A DNA stretch of 64,000 nucleotides, from assembly GCA_964016885.1 (NCBI GenBank), contig OZ024743.1, forward strand, positions 105,214,001 to 105,278,000, read 5' to 3'. Source of the DNA: Eledone cirrhosa. Its lineage: Eukaryota. Position 1 is the stretch's first letter, and the number at the start of each line of letters is the position of its first letter. The translations under genes and the position numbers were made by a program. Below the pieces are notes generated by a model. It made no database searches and had not been told where the DNA came from. It worked only from the letters and a program-made list of their open reading frames with translations. Below are positions 41,200-56,420 of the stretch, in pieces.

Positions 41200-42713
41200 A
41201 TATACGTATCTGTGTGTGCATATGTGTGTAAAGATTGGTGTGTGTTTGTGTGTGCTTAAACATTGCCGTTACGTATGTCATTGAAAAGCTGTCAAATTTA
41301 GAATACATAGAATGATCAAGTGACATATAATAGGAGTTAAAATCTTGGTAAGTTATTTGTGTTTCTAACATAGATAGTGTTTCATGTTTCAACTATTTCT
41401 CTATATTTAATTTGTTTAATGCTTTTCATATGAGGTATTAATCGCAAAGGTGGCGAATTGGCAGAATTGTTAGAATATCTAAAAGTATGGTTTGCGGTAT
41501 TCATTCTCTCTCTCTGTGCTTAACTGTCCCTTGCCAATGAGGTTAACGTTGTCATTTTTATCCTTTAGAGGTTGAAAAGAAATGTATAAGCTCTCACTAC
41601 TAAGGTTGATTCGTCATCTATGTACCTTTGAGGCATTATCTCTATCATTCCATTACTTCTTCTTTGGAAGAAATCAGCTGTGTATTTCACTACAGTGTCC
41701 TTACGATTCTACTGTTTTTGTGGTCTGTCTGTCCATTCATACATACACCCATTCATCCATCCGTCCATCCATCAATTCGTACACACATACATCTCACAAC
41801 CAGGGTGTCTCCTCATTTCTTTAGCACATATATCTGAGGTTTTATGTCAGTGCAAATAAAACATGAATTTGTACAATGAAAGATTCAAACTATGGCAGTT
41901 TAGCAATTTTGATAAATATACATATTCTAAATTCTGTAATTTTCTAGAAATTTTTGTTCACTTTAAACTCTACTTATGTTAATTAAATTATGAAGATTCT
42001 CAGGTAGTTGCTGAGGTAGCTGTAATATGATCACAGCCTAAAATATCTACAGCGAGATTTATATATATTATATATTCATTATATTTCATATACATCTCTA
42101 TTCTGAATCCCGCTGTTAGTGATACTGTTAATTAAAATATGAACTTCTATTATTTACTGAGAAAATACTTTAGTTTACATTAATCCAATCTACGCGATGG
42201 ACGGGTGTTCTGACCAAGGGTATGTCTTGTACTCTCAGTCACTTAACATCAAAGAAACCTCAATAAGCACTGTCCGGATGAACTTCCCGGCTTGGGAAAA
42301 AGAAGATATTGCTATGGAGTTTCGTTTAAAATAAATGATAAACATAGAATATTATGGCTATTTCGACCTTCCATAGAGTTACTTCAGACCAAATATAAAT
42401 GAATACTTCACAACATAGTTCTATACAAACGTTTAAATTAATTAAATAAATAAACAAATAAAAAGCTAAATAACTAAATAAATAAATTTCTTACCGTCTT
42501 GAAATTATCTCCGCTTTTTGAAGACCGATAGATAATTGCTGTGAGACGTCAGAACGTCGGATGGAAACCTGTACATCTCCGTTCTCTGAGCTCAAATCAC
42601 GGCGAGATCGAGGTGTCGATAAATGAAAAGCTCAAATCAAGGTGTCGATAAATGAAATGCAAGCCTAGCACTGGGTTCGGTTCTTTCTCTATATATCTTC
42701 CTCACTGCCTCTT

Positions 42714-42783
<70 letters not shown>

Positions 42784-43288
42784 CCCTCTCTCTTTCTGTC
42801 TCCCACCTCCTCTAGAAGAAATCGGCTGTGTTCAAATTGGAGAGGCGATGGACTGTGTCCAGTATAAAAGGCATAATATATCACAACGGTGTCCCAAAGA
42901 CTCCATCAGGCGTTACGATTCATAAAATAATCAGTGTTAAGCTTTTGTTTTCATATTCTGACTAAGAAGCAATTTTCAATTCCTCGTACATCATTCAGTA
43001 ACATCAGCACCTATCTGAAGTAGTCAAATACATGCTATTGGACTATTTGAGTTATTGTTCCTATCCTTACTATATGTAATTACGTGAAATTTACTGACCA
43101 AAATTGGTCGTAACTGTATTTCTATTTGCAACAATCTTATTCACTGAACGACTGTGCTTTGTTGCTGAGTTCTAACATGAGATATATAAATTCATTGTTT
43201 AACGTACGCCATATTCAGTATATCACCACCTTATCCGAATTATATATGCATATACATGTGTGTATGTGTGTGTGTGTTGGGTGTATAC

Positions 43289-43355
<67 letters not shown>

Positions 43356-46300
43356 ATGATATATATATATATATATGTGTGCATGTGGCAGTGTGTAGAA
43401 CTTCATTTCATGTAATTTCTCCTGATCTTTAGAATAAAATCACTATATGACCTATGCCATAAGATGACTAAGACTATTACGGTCAGACAAAATATACGAA
43501 AATCATTACTACCAGACGGAAAACTGTTCATAATTTATCATTTGCAATTTCTTTAAATATCATCTCCAGTTAATTTGGAGTCCTTTCGACAGATTATATT
43601 TCAGACTAGAGAGAAAATGAGCTGAAATTGTATTGTATAATGATAGTCTGCTTTTCTTTCGATACCATGGACGGAAAACGAGTAAGAAAATCAGAAACTA
43701 AATTGAATATAAAGAAAAGGAACTGGTTGTCAGATTAGTCCAAGTAAACACTGTTTCTATTATTCCTTCCGTTGCTGGTACTGTCTCCCAGTCACAACTT
43801 CTCACTGAAGAAACTCTCCGCTAATCAGATCATACCAAGTAAACAATGTTTCCAAGGGTCTCTCTCCCTTACTGATACTATCAGTCGGTTTAAATAGTAT
43901 GTAGAAGGAACAACGCAAAATAAAGTACTTTTCTCAGGAACACAACGCACCACTCGGTCCACAATAAGTTAGATAATTAAGCTGAAGTAAATAATTAGTA
44001 AATTATTTTCCTTTAAGCAGTGGTGGAAGAGGACACTTATCATACAAGTTTGATATATATAAGGATATAATTCGACATTATTATGCAATATAATTTTTCT
44101 TGTAATTGTTTATGGTGTTGTCATACATACTAATATATTAATGAAGGAGTAATAGTAGGATATTTATGTATCAATAGCCGAACTCCCACTGTCATTGTCT
44201 CCATCTCTCTCGCCCTCGAGAGATGTCGTCTGGCGCTCTACCTATACTGCTAATCCACCATAAACCTCTGAATGGCTGTATGGTTAAGAAAATCACCTCC
44301 CATCTACATAGTTTTAGGTTCCACATAGTTGCGCAGCACTTTGCACAATATTTATTAACTCAGGTCAATTTAAATCCGACATACAGACCATCCCTCTCTA
44401 TTATGAGCTAATAGGGTCCCACTTGAAGCCCCGGCGGACAAAATGGAGAAGGCGTTTCCCCGGAGGAGGATGGTAAGGGAGATGCGCTGGAAGAGCCACT
44501 CCACTCGCGAGACTCACACCTGTGGCTAGCCAGCTCAGCGCCTATGGTGGTAGTAATTCATGTTTCCAGCTTTGACATACGCTCTACTGTGTCACGTTGA
44601 TGTTGTATGATGATATATTGAAATATAATTCAGGAGACAGTAACGTAGGCTGGTAGTTCAGTTGATCAAACAATTAGCATAAGCATGGCCGAAATAAAGT
44701 ATTCACCCATTTACGTCACACACAAACACACATATATGCACATATTCACACATATTCCCAGACACAGAAACACGCACGCACACACAAGCGCACACACTCA
44801 CACAGCGTTGACACAATGGTAGCAATTCTTTTTGGAGGGTGGCACAGGGGTACGTCAATTATATCGGACCCAATACTTCACTGGTACTTTGTTTTAGAAA
44901 TTATGGGTGACCTCGGCAGTATTTGAAACTTAAAGTTCTATTACTAATACCGTAAACAATTTTCCGACGCCCTAACAATTCTACCAAACCACCATCTTTA
45001 TAAGTAAAAGTTAATCTGTGTCTCAAACCTGGAAGACGTCCCCTCGGCGTTAAGCGACTGAAGTACATGACTCTTTTCAAATGGATAAGAAGCCAGTCCA
45101 TCGTAGGGTTAAGCCCCAGATACTGCTAGAATTTATTTATAACTGGGTGTAATGAAGCAATCTGAAATGAAGATTTTTGCTCAAGAATACAAAAGGCCCT
45201 CCAGTCCAGGAATCGAACCCATGACATTATGATCCTATGTCTAATACCCTACCCACTAGGCCATGTGAATTCACCGCCCGTATATTCTGATATAATAAAA
45301 CTCTATGAAATGAAAACAACAAAATAAAAAGATTCAACAAAATATTAAGACAAAAGAATATGTGAAGGAAAAGCAACAATAAATACTATTGTGTTAACAA
45401 ACCGATAAGGTGAGGCTGTGTAATCATAATTACAGATTATAGTAATAGTAATCTAGCCATAAGCAATATTGGATGAACCACATTTCTAACGGTCGTTTAT
45501 TTTTTTATTTATTTAACATGTTTTTTGTTGTTTTTGTTATTGTTGTAATGATTACTATTGTTTTTGATCTCCTTGTTTTTTTAAAAAACAACATTTTTGA
45601 TTACTTTTCATATTTTTTAAAATTATTTATTTATATGTTTGTTATTATTTTCTATTTTTACAAACCGATTTTTGTTCAAAGGAAAATTAGCACCTATTAA
45701 ATAAAACAACCCCGAGCCAACAACAAACTTTCTTCAAATCGATATTTTCATGTGTTGCAGCGATATTTTCAGTAATTGCCCGCTTTAAGAACTATCATCA
45801 GAAAAATCATTAGCAAAAATAAAATAAAATAAAATAAAATAAATAAAGAAAACCTCGCACACAAAAAATATTAAAAATAAAAAAAAATAAAATCTAAAAA
45901 AAATAAAATAAAAGCCCATATTTATGTTTTTTGTATTTAATGCTACTTTCAACAACAATGTGCACTTCACTGACATGGCATTGTAAAACCATGATTATCT
46001 TCGAGAAAAAAAGGATTTTGGTGAGAAAACAATCTTCTCCCTTCTACTATATGTTTTGTAAAGATCTTCGGAAACCAATCAGGCTTGCTTTTGTTTCTTG
46101 TCTTAATCAATGTATTTTTAATCAAAGTCTGACCGTGTTTAAAACATTTTCAATGACATATTTGCCCTTAGGTTGATCTCTAATTTGAAATTTTACTTAT
46201 TTTATTTTATTATATTTTATTTGTGTATTTCATGGTTTGTTTGATATTGAAAAGTAAAATATTGGCATTGTATGATATGAAAGTTGAAAACCGAAATAGA

Positions 46301-46974
46301 TTAAACAGACATCTCACACGTTGTATAACAAAGACAATAACAACGGCAACAATGATAACAATAAGGAAAACGACATCAAAATCAAGTAAAAGAAATGTTA
46401 TTTAAAATCTTTCTACAATATTGTGAGAGTCCAATATGGTTAACACGATAAGATACCACGTCATTTTCATCTGATAATTCCTAGATTTATATCCCACCCT
46501 CTGTCCATTTATTTGGGAAATACAAAGCCTACATAACCGTCAACAGTTACGTGTACTATATTGTTATAGTGCTTGCTGTACAGTTCTGTTTCAACTTTAA
46601 TACAGAGGACCAATGGCTATCTCTTACATCCCTGAGGAATTGCGTATCTGATTAAATTAACCCAAAGTGACCCTCCCACCTTATTTTAGAACATTCAATG
46701 TTTAGCTGCTATATTTAATACGTCGTATGACCACATAGAATTTACTTGTTGGCTTCTTCTCCGTTTTACAAACGGTTGGAAATTAGTACTTTGCGCGGTT
46801 ATAGAAAACCGCAGAATTCACTGTGGATAAGGAATTATTTATGCTTTGCTTTGCCCTCGACAAGAAGAAAAGAACATTTGAGCTCAAAAGCATTTGAACT
46901 GAAACAGATACAGCCATTCATCTCACGTTCTAATGACTCTGTCACGGTACCTCCCCCCCCCCCAAATTTATGTA

Positions 46975-47780
46975 TTTGTTTTGCAAGTATCCTTATACCC
47001 ATCCATCGACTTTGATTTTGCTGTGGAAAAATGCGTGGATATAATCAGCGAGAGCGACGTATATTTCCGAGGAGTTGACACTGAGGAACTGGAACACCTG
47101 CTTAGATTTACCTCTGGCAAAAAATACCTAGGCGAATACAACCGTAGATCTCCTAACATCACCTAGATGGCCAAATAGATCGAGCGGATGGATCAGAGCC
47201 ACAAGGGTCTCCAAAATTATAAAACATACACACAAGAAAGGGGGCGTTCATTGGTGTCAACATCGCTGCCGATGTGTCCAATCTGTTCATGATGTACTGG
47301 GAAGGCTTAGTTGAGAACTCCATAACCATGTACTTTCGCAATGTTGACGATATCAATATAGTGTTAAAACAACCATATAAGAGAGTACCCACGAACTGGA
47401 ACCAGACGCATACACCATGGAGATAGCATATCACAAATAGGTAACTCCATCCACCAGAAGATTATGGTAACAATAAACCACCATACTAAAGACTCCAATA
47501 ACAGACTATCCATGTTAGACACAGAACTCAGCCTAGAAACTAAGAATGATAGGGCCTTACATTGTATCAAATCCATGACCTCCAATTACCTGATACATCA
47601 GGAGTCAGCTGTCTCAGATAGTGCTAAGTTCATTATCGTGATAGCGGACCTAGTTGGATGATGAGAAACGTGGCGTGCATTTGCCATCTCACAGGGTTAA
47701 AGAGACACATACAGTACTTCATCCATCGCATGTAGGTCTCTGGTTGCAACTAAAGAGACTGGGTCAGAGAGTAAAAAAGG
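46975..47780 (+). mobile_element. Penelope-like RT fragment, degenerate, second family
   Basis: SLYPSIDFDFAVEKC, GAFIGVNIAADVSNLFM, MYFRNVDDI and RLSMLDTEL motifs in order. Confidence 0.7.
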
Positions 47781-47829
47781 AGCCAGAGTTTTGAGTTGTG
47801 ATCTAGTGAGTTTGCATGTTGTGTGTGGT

Positions 47830-49113
<1,284 letters not shown>

Positions 49114-49609
49114 TATAAAGGTGCAGTAAGAAGTAATTAAAAAGGACGATGAAAACGTTGAATACAATGTTAGTGAGATGAAACCCGAGGGAGAAGTATG
49201 GTATTTAGTTTGCACAATAAGATTAAACTTCATCTGTTAAGTGAATCTGTTGTCCAATTATAACCAGAGATTGACGATGTTATCAGGTCGAGAAATGCTT
49301 TGTATAAGGTTTGTTTAGGACATATTTGCAATATCATTTACTACTCCAAGCATATTATTTTCACGAGACCAGTTTCCAATTAGCATCGTAATACCTACTT
49401 TGCTTTCTAACCCAAACCATCCTTTCCTTTATTAGACTACAACTTCGACCTGTTTTATTGACTGACATCATACCTCCATCTTGTCCTGATAGATTCATCT
49501 CAGATATTCTATTCTTGCTGTCTTCCTTTCCATTCTTCATTTTACATTTTACACTGTTCCGTTTCCATTCTGCTGTTGCTGCTGTTGTTTTCATTGTCGC
49601 CGTCGTCGA

Positions 49610-49611
49610 CG

Positions 49612-49682
<71 letters not shown>

Positions 49683-49757
49683 CTTCTTCTTCTTCTTCTT
49701 CTTCTTCTTCTTCTTCTTCTTCTTCTTCTTCTTCTTCTTCTTCTTCTTCTTCTTCTT
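49610..49757. repeat. (GTT)n(CTT)n microsatellite
   Basis: Seen directly. Confidence 0.97.
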
Positions 49758-50261
49758 TGTTGATTGGCTTCTCTTCGCCGACCTCGTACACATATCGGTT
49801 TATATTTGCTCCTCCAGCTTCCACTTCCGGTGTTATTATATTACTATATTACTACATCCTTATTACTATTACTTCCGATGCTGAAGATGTCTTTACTACC
49901 ATGGTGGTAATGCTGATAATATTTGGTATTGCTGTTGTCGTTATTAATATTAATGTTGATGGTGTTGATGTTGGTATGTTGATGGTGATTTTGGAAGTGA
50001 TATTGTTATGAGTGTTGTTTTTATTACCATGGTGTTGGTATTAGTGTTGATGTCTTTGATGTTGGTATTACAATTGTCTTTATGATAATGATGTTGATGG
50101 TGGGGATGAATTCATTGTGTTGCTGTTGGTATTGTTGATATAGATTTTTGAGTTGTTGCTGTACTTGTTGATTCTATTTGTAATATTGTTGCTGTTGCTG
50201 TTGATTATGTTTCGAGTTGGATTCAGCCATATTGTTGTAAGTATTTGTGTCGTTATTATTA

Positions 50262-50575
50262 GAGGGCGATGTATTGGCAGTATCGGTAGAGCGTCGGACA
50301 CCATGCTTTGCAGCATTGAGTTATGGCCCTTTACGTTCTGAGTTCAAATCCCGCCGAGTTTAACTTTGCCTTTCATCCTTACCGGGTCGATAAAATAAAG
50401 TACCAGTAATGCACTGGGATAATTGCTGGCCTTGTGCCAAAAGTAGAAACAATTATTATTACAATCCCGCCGAGGTTAACTTTGCCTTTCATCCTTACGG
50501 GGTCGATCAAATAAAGTACCAGTAATACACTGGGATAATTACTGGCCTTGTGTCAAATGTAGAAACACTTATTAG
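50262..50575 (+). mobile_element. full SINE followed by a 5'-truncated tandem copy
   Basis: Window SINE consensus; the second copy starts at AATCCCGCCGAGG (about 50463). Confidence 0.92.
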
Positions 50576-51460
50576 AGGTGTTGACGATGTTGATGTTTGA
50601 GTTGGTATCTATATTTTTATTCGTATTCGTGTTGTTCTTGTTGTTACTGTTAGAATTGTTGATAGATTTGCTAGTGTTGATGTTGGTATTACAAGTGTTG
50701 TCCGTATTGGCGTTGGTGGTAATGGTGCTTTGTTGGAAAGTCATAGAGATGTGTTAAAATTGCTACGAAGTCGATCATTATAGATAATTTCTTCATCACT
50801 GATCTAGGCAACGTGAGTAACTAATGTTCTTCTCCCCACTTCCTTTCTGCCTTCCCTCATTTACTTACTCACACACATACATGCACAGAGACAGATACAC
50901 ACATATGCGCACACATACTAATAGGCATACGCAAACGCATAATTACACGCACAGATAAACACGTACATCGATACACACACAGAGACACACATATACACAT
51001 ATGTACATATGCACACATTCAGTTACTCACACGTTCTCTGATTGAAGGCATCCTTTCGTCAAACTGTGCCGTATTCAGTACCTCTATATATTGCTATAAT
51101 CAATAAACCTTATTGTTACATTTTATGAAAATCGAAACCAATGATGTTAACTATAACATACATAGTATAGTAATAGCGTTGGACAAATGTAAGGGAGGAG
51201 AATAGTTGAGACACAATTATATCTCTAGCATGTCAATGAAAGATAATGATACAGGAGAAAGGCAAAATTAAATAAACATCTGTGTTAATAATGATGGCTT
51301 CCATGTCGCTCTAGTCATCACAGTTGAATATATAAGTATTGTAAGTGTGTAGAGACTTACATCGCTCTTGCATACTAACACCTACATCCACACACGAGGA
51401 CGTAAGTATATCTATTTACTACACACACGCAGACGGACACACATACGCACATACACACAT

Positions 51461-51509
<49 letters not shown>

Positions 51510-51606
51510 TATATATATATATATATACACATACATATATACATAAATATCCATACATAAATGCATACATACACACATAAACACTTGCATACACACACAC
51601 ACACAC

Positions 51607-51697
<91 letters not shown>

Positions 51698-54100
51698 AAT
51701 GTGTGTGTATACGTATGTGGGAGTGTATGTTTATGTTTGTATGTGTATAGGTTTATGTATGTATATATAGGTTTGTGTGCATGTGCATTTATATATGTAT
51801 ATATGTATTTGGGCAGAATAATCTTTAAGAGGCAACTCGTTAAATTGGAAATATCAGAAAGATAACAATTTAGCTTCATTACGCAAAATATGATAGCTTC
51901 GTTGAAAGTAGGGGAAGGACTTGATTTGGAACATCACCAGAATATATTTCCATGTGTGGCAAACGAAACTTCTTATTGTTGATGTTATGTAATATCTCAG
52001 CATGAAACCATCTATCGTATTTCAAAATAAAGCAAGTATGATAATGTTTGTAATTTCTTACATTCAACTGAGATCCGTAATAAATGAGAAACATTTGCCG
52101 TTGGTTTTAAGGCATGAATCTCTGTTAGTTTCACTAATACGTATACGGTTTACAGACAAAAACGTGATCTAGCCAGTTGGAGCAGAAATATTCTGATTTC
52201 GTTTCCCCTGTAGCAAAACAAATTTCAACATTGCACATTATTGATCTATTCTTCTCAATCTTCAGCATTTGTTATATTGCCAGCTATCCAGATTTATTAC
52301 ATGCATTAACAGATATTTTATACAGAACTAACTCCAACAATATACCTAATTCCATGGTCGATGATTTTTTTTAAACAAAAATATTAGTAGTGGAAGAAAA
52401 ACAGCCATTAATAGTAAAAAATAAATACTTATATATGAAAGAAATCGAAATAACCTACGAAATATAAACACAGTTGAGAGATTTACAATTATTATATTTT
52501 TTCCCGATTGCGTAAAAGACTACTTTACCAAAAACATACTATTAAAACGGAAATGGTATATATAAATTTAATATCTCTGTAGTATGAAAAATATCGTAGT
52601 TGAGTTTTCCATATTATTGGTGGTAACAATTGTTTAACTTGAGTTTAACTCTTACACAACGTCCATGAAATACATCATTTAATGATAACCAAGAAACGGG
52701 TGATGTGCCTAGTGATATGATAGGTTTGGTGGATCAAATAGACCACTGAATTCCGGACCACGGACGTTTCAGAACCTCATTTAGATGAGACAAAATATAG
52801 AGAAGGGTAGAAAGTGTAGAGAGGGAACTTGCAATTTTATTACAAAGACTACTATTATTCGGATTCCTTGAAAACACTAATCTAAACTACATGATATTAC
52901 AATATATGTTTTGTTAGAAAATATCCACAGCTAGGGAGATATATTGGCAATTTCGTTAAAGCGTTGGACAAATAGTTTATGACTTTTTATGATCAGAGTT
53001 CAAATCTCGCCAAGTTCAATTTTTCCAATAAACCATTTTATGGACGATATAATAGATTTATTTTGTCCTCCCTAAAAATTGCTGACTTTTTTTGTAAATT
53101 AGAATTCATTATATATTCACAGTTTATTAATGAATTTCTCATTTCCTTTCGTTGAATCTATCCGCGTTCAATGTAAGTATGTATTTAAAATTTGCTGGCT
53201 CTGATACTCCGAGTTTGTGAGATTCGTATTTTAAATTTAGCTGTCTTCAAATAGAGATTAATATTTCAGTGGTGGTGTCAAACAACAAACACAAGTATGC
53301 AATAACATAATGTGTATTAGTTTCATGCTTGGAGAAGGATTTAATCATATGTCTGTGTGTGTTTAGTAACAGGATTACGTTGAACCCAAACATATAATAA
53401 TACATACAGGAATCGCAAACATGGTTCTAAAAACCTTCGCTTAGTACAAACCACTACCTCCCTATTACAACTGACATTGTACACCAGGTAAGAACACAGA
53501 AGAGTCGAAAAATAGATAGATCCGGACCGAGGTGTTTCAGTACATACACTTTCTGAAACATATGTTATTAGTTCGTGAACTGTTTATAGTTTAAAGAAAC
53601 AAAGAGGGGACTATTACATTCTATGCAGACAGTGATTACAAGAAGTAAATGGCATTAACTGAAACTGAAAGGTGAATAAACTATTATGCAAATTTACACG
53701 TATATTTAATTTAATTATATCATTATATTTAATATTAGTTTTGTTTAAAGTGCCAGCTTTCCATGGGGTTTTATAGGCTAGAGAGATGTAAAATTTGTAT
53801 GTTAGAATGCCGTGGTAAATTTATTGGTTAGATGACCAGTGCCAGTGTGGTAAACGGTTAATTCAGCAAACTTTGGAATAAAGGGTACTAATAAATCAAT
53901 ATGTGTATCTGTATAATATCTGGTCGCAAAGTAGTAGACCAAAGTCTTCTACTTTCTTTTGGTTTACACAAAATGTGAATTTATTAATGTATGTTAACGA
54001 AACATATATCAAATTTACATTGGTATTTAAATATTTCTCCATCTTTAATGTTATTGTATTTCCCAAAACTGATTTTCTTCTACAAAATACCTAAATTGAA

Positions 54101-54210
54101 CCTTCTCTTGCACTCTCGTGTCGAATGGGCAGTCCACATCCACAATCAGGCACGATCTTTTTTCCTTGTCCAAAACGACCAGGTCAGGTCTATTGTGCTC
54201 CAGTTTCTTC
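54101..54210 (-). mobile_element. short RLE-domain fragment related to the 56.4-60.4 kb element
   Basis: High nucleotide similarity to about 56752-56860. Confidence 0.8.
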
Positions 54211-54490
54211 ATTCATCTTAATTTCCATATTCCTGGTAAACGTTCTTTTTATAGCTTCACAAAATAATTTTAATCTAGTTTTAATGAATCACGTTGATTT
54301 TATCAATTTTCTGTCATTTAAAAAAAATATATTTTCAGTGGTAAATTTTTCAAATTGACGAGAAAATTGTAAATTAATAGAAAAATAAAACTTACAATGA
54401 TTTTCAAGTAGGAAACCGAGAAAAGAATTAAAGACAAAGATGATGATTTCTTATATTAAGGATTACAGTCTCGATGGGATCTTAGATAGA

Positions 54491-54633
<143 letters not shown>

Positions 54634-54756
54634 AATGAGTATTATCATTATTATCAATCATAATAAAGTACCAGTAATGCACTGGGTATTTGCTGGCCTT
54701 GTGCCAAAAGTAGAAACAATTATTATTATCATTATTTTTGGTAGTAGTGGTAGTAA

Positions 54757-54800
<44 letters not shown>

Positions 54801-54801
<1 letters not shown>

Positions 54802-56420
54802 AGTTGCATTTATCTTGCTTTATGTTCATACGAGTTATCACCAAGTCACAACCAGTGACCTCAAGAGACAACAAGGTCCGCCATGTTCAAGAAAGAACAT
54901 ACATATTCACACATGCATCTTTAGTGTTTAGACTTGTGATGTATTTATATTGACAGAATCTTCCTTAGTATATGGGCAGTTCCCATTAGTACTATCTTTT
55001 GTATTTCTCCTATACGCGGGTTTCCTGGGATTTGCGATAAGTAATCATTAGACCCCTTAGGTATCATTCCCAGAGCGCCTACAACCACTGGTATTGTTTT
55101 AGTTCTCAATTTCCACATTTTTCCAATTTCTATCTCCAGGTCCTTATACTTGCTCAATTTTTCAAATGTTTTTATAGATACATTCTTGTCTATTGGAACA
55201 GACATATCAATTAGCAGGCATACCCTCTTTTGAAAGTCCTTCAATATTATATCAGGTCTATTTGCATCTATTTTTCGGTCTGTTTGGATGCTAAATTTCC
55301 ACAAGATTGAGATGTGATCTTTTTCAGGTATTCGGTTGGCGCTATAGGACTGCACATTGAAATTATATGGTCAATGGTCTCTGGTTGTTTTTTGCATACA
55401 CGGCATAATGGGCTGCACCCATTTATTATTATGTTGGCTTGGTAATTTTTTGTTGGCAGACACTGATCTTGTGCCGATATAATCAGTCCTTCAGTCTCCG
55501 ATTTCAGTCCAGAGGATGCCAACCACTGATGGGTTAAAGTTTTGTCAACATCAGGATTGTTAGCTCGCTCTGGGTATTTTCCATACAGTGGCTTTTCTTG
55601 CCATTTCTTAGCCAGTTTCTGTAGCAGTTCTTTCTTTGCAGTTACTTTTACCTGCTTTGCTTTTTCTGTGTTTTCCATTTCAGCAGTAAATGGGACTTCT
55701 GAAATTTGTAGTCCATTACTGTATCTTTGTGCATCTTTTGTAATGGAATATGATCTTTTGATGCTTTCGTGTTTCAAAACGAGTTTGATCATCCAATCAT
55801 GTGATTCCCTTAGATATGTAGATAATCCAATTGTTGCAGTTTTCAACGCAATGTCTAACTGGATTAACCCACGTCCTCCTTCTTTCCTAGGGAGATATAT
55901 TCTATCTATATCTGCCTTAGGGTGATGCATTCTGTGCATGGTTAACAATTTTCTAATTTTTGTATCGAGCCTACGGATCTCTGTGCTTGACCAGTAGATG
56001 ATATTGTAACTGTAGGTTACTACTGGTATGGCAAGCATGTTTATGGCATCGATCCTATTCCTTGCATTCAATTCCGTTCTTAAGATTGCTCTTACTCTGC
56101 GGTAACATTCCTTCCTTATCCTTTCCCTCATTGTCGAGTGCTTGATTCCGTCTCCATCACAAACACCTAGATATTTGTAAGTTTTTTCTTGATCAAGTTC
56201 TCTTATCACGTTCCCCGATCAATATTAATGTCTGAACTCTTCAGCAGCTTTCCTCTGGTGAACGTTGCTTTGGCGCATTTATCTAGTCCAAACTCCATTT
56301 TAATGTCATCACTGAACTGCTTTACAGTGGATAATAGCCCTTGCAATTGTTCATCATTTTTTGCAAATAGTTTCAGGTCATCCATGTAGAACAGGTGATT
56401 AATGGTTTTGTCATAGACTT
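54801..56420 (-). mobile_element. 5'-truncated R4/Dong-type LINE with (TAA)n tail
   Basis: HLFYMDDLKLF near 56370-56398. ORF 55268-56209 (GGRGL, CRVC..ETIDHIISMC) and ORF 54945-55355 (ANRPDII..IDMSVP..KYKDL). Internal deletion near 55320. Confidence 0.93.

Noticed and set aside
45720-46176. Possible small exons or ORFs
   Set aside because: Weak splice signals and no recognisable protein.
51840-52374. Coding-looking decayed sequence (also 12060-12460 and 35220-35660)
   Set aside because: Probably old transposon remnants, but no diagnostic motif could be identified.
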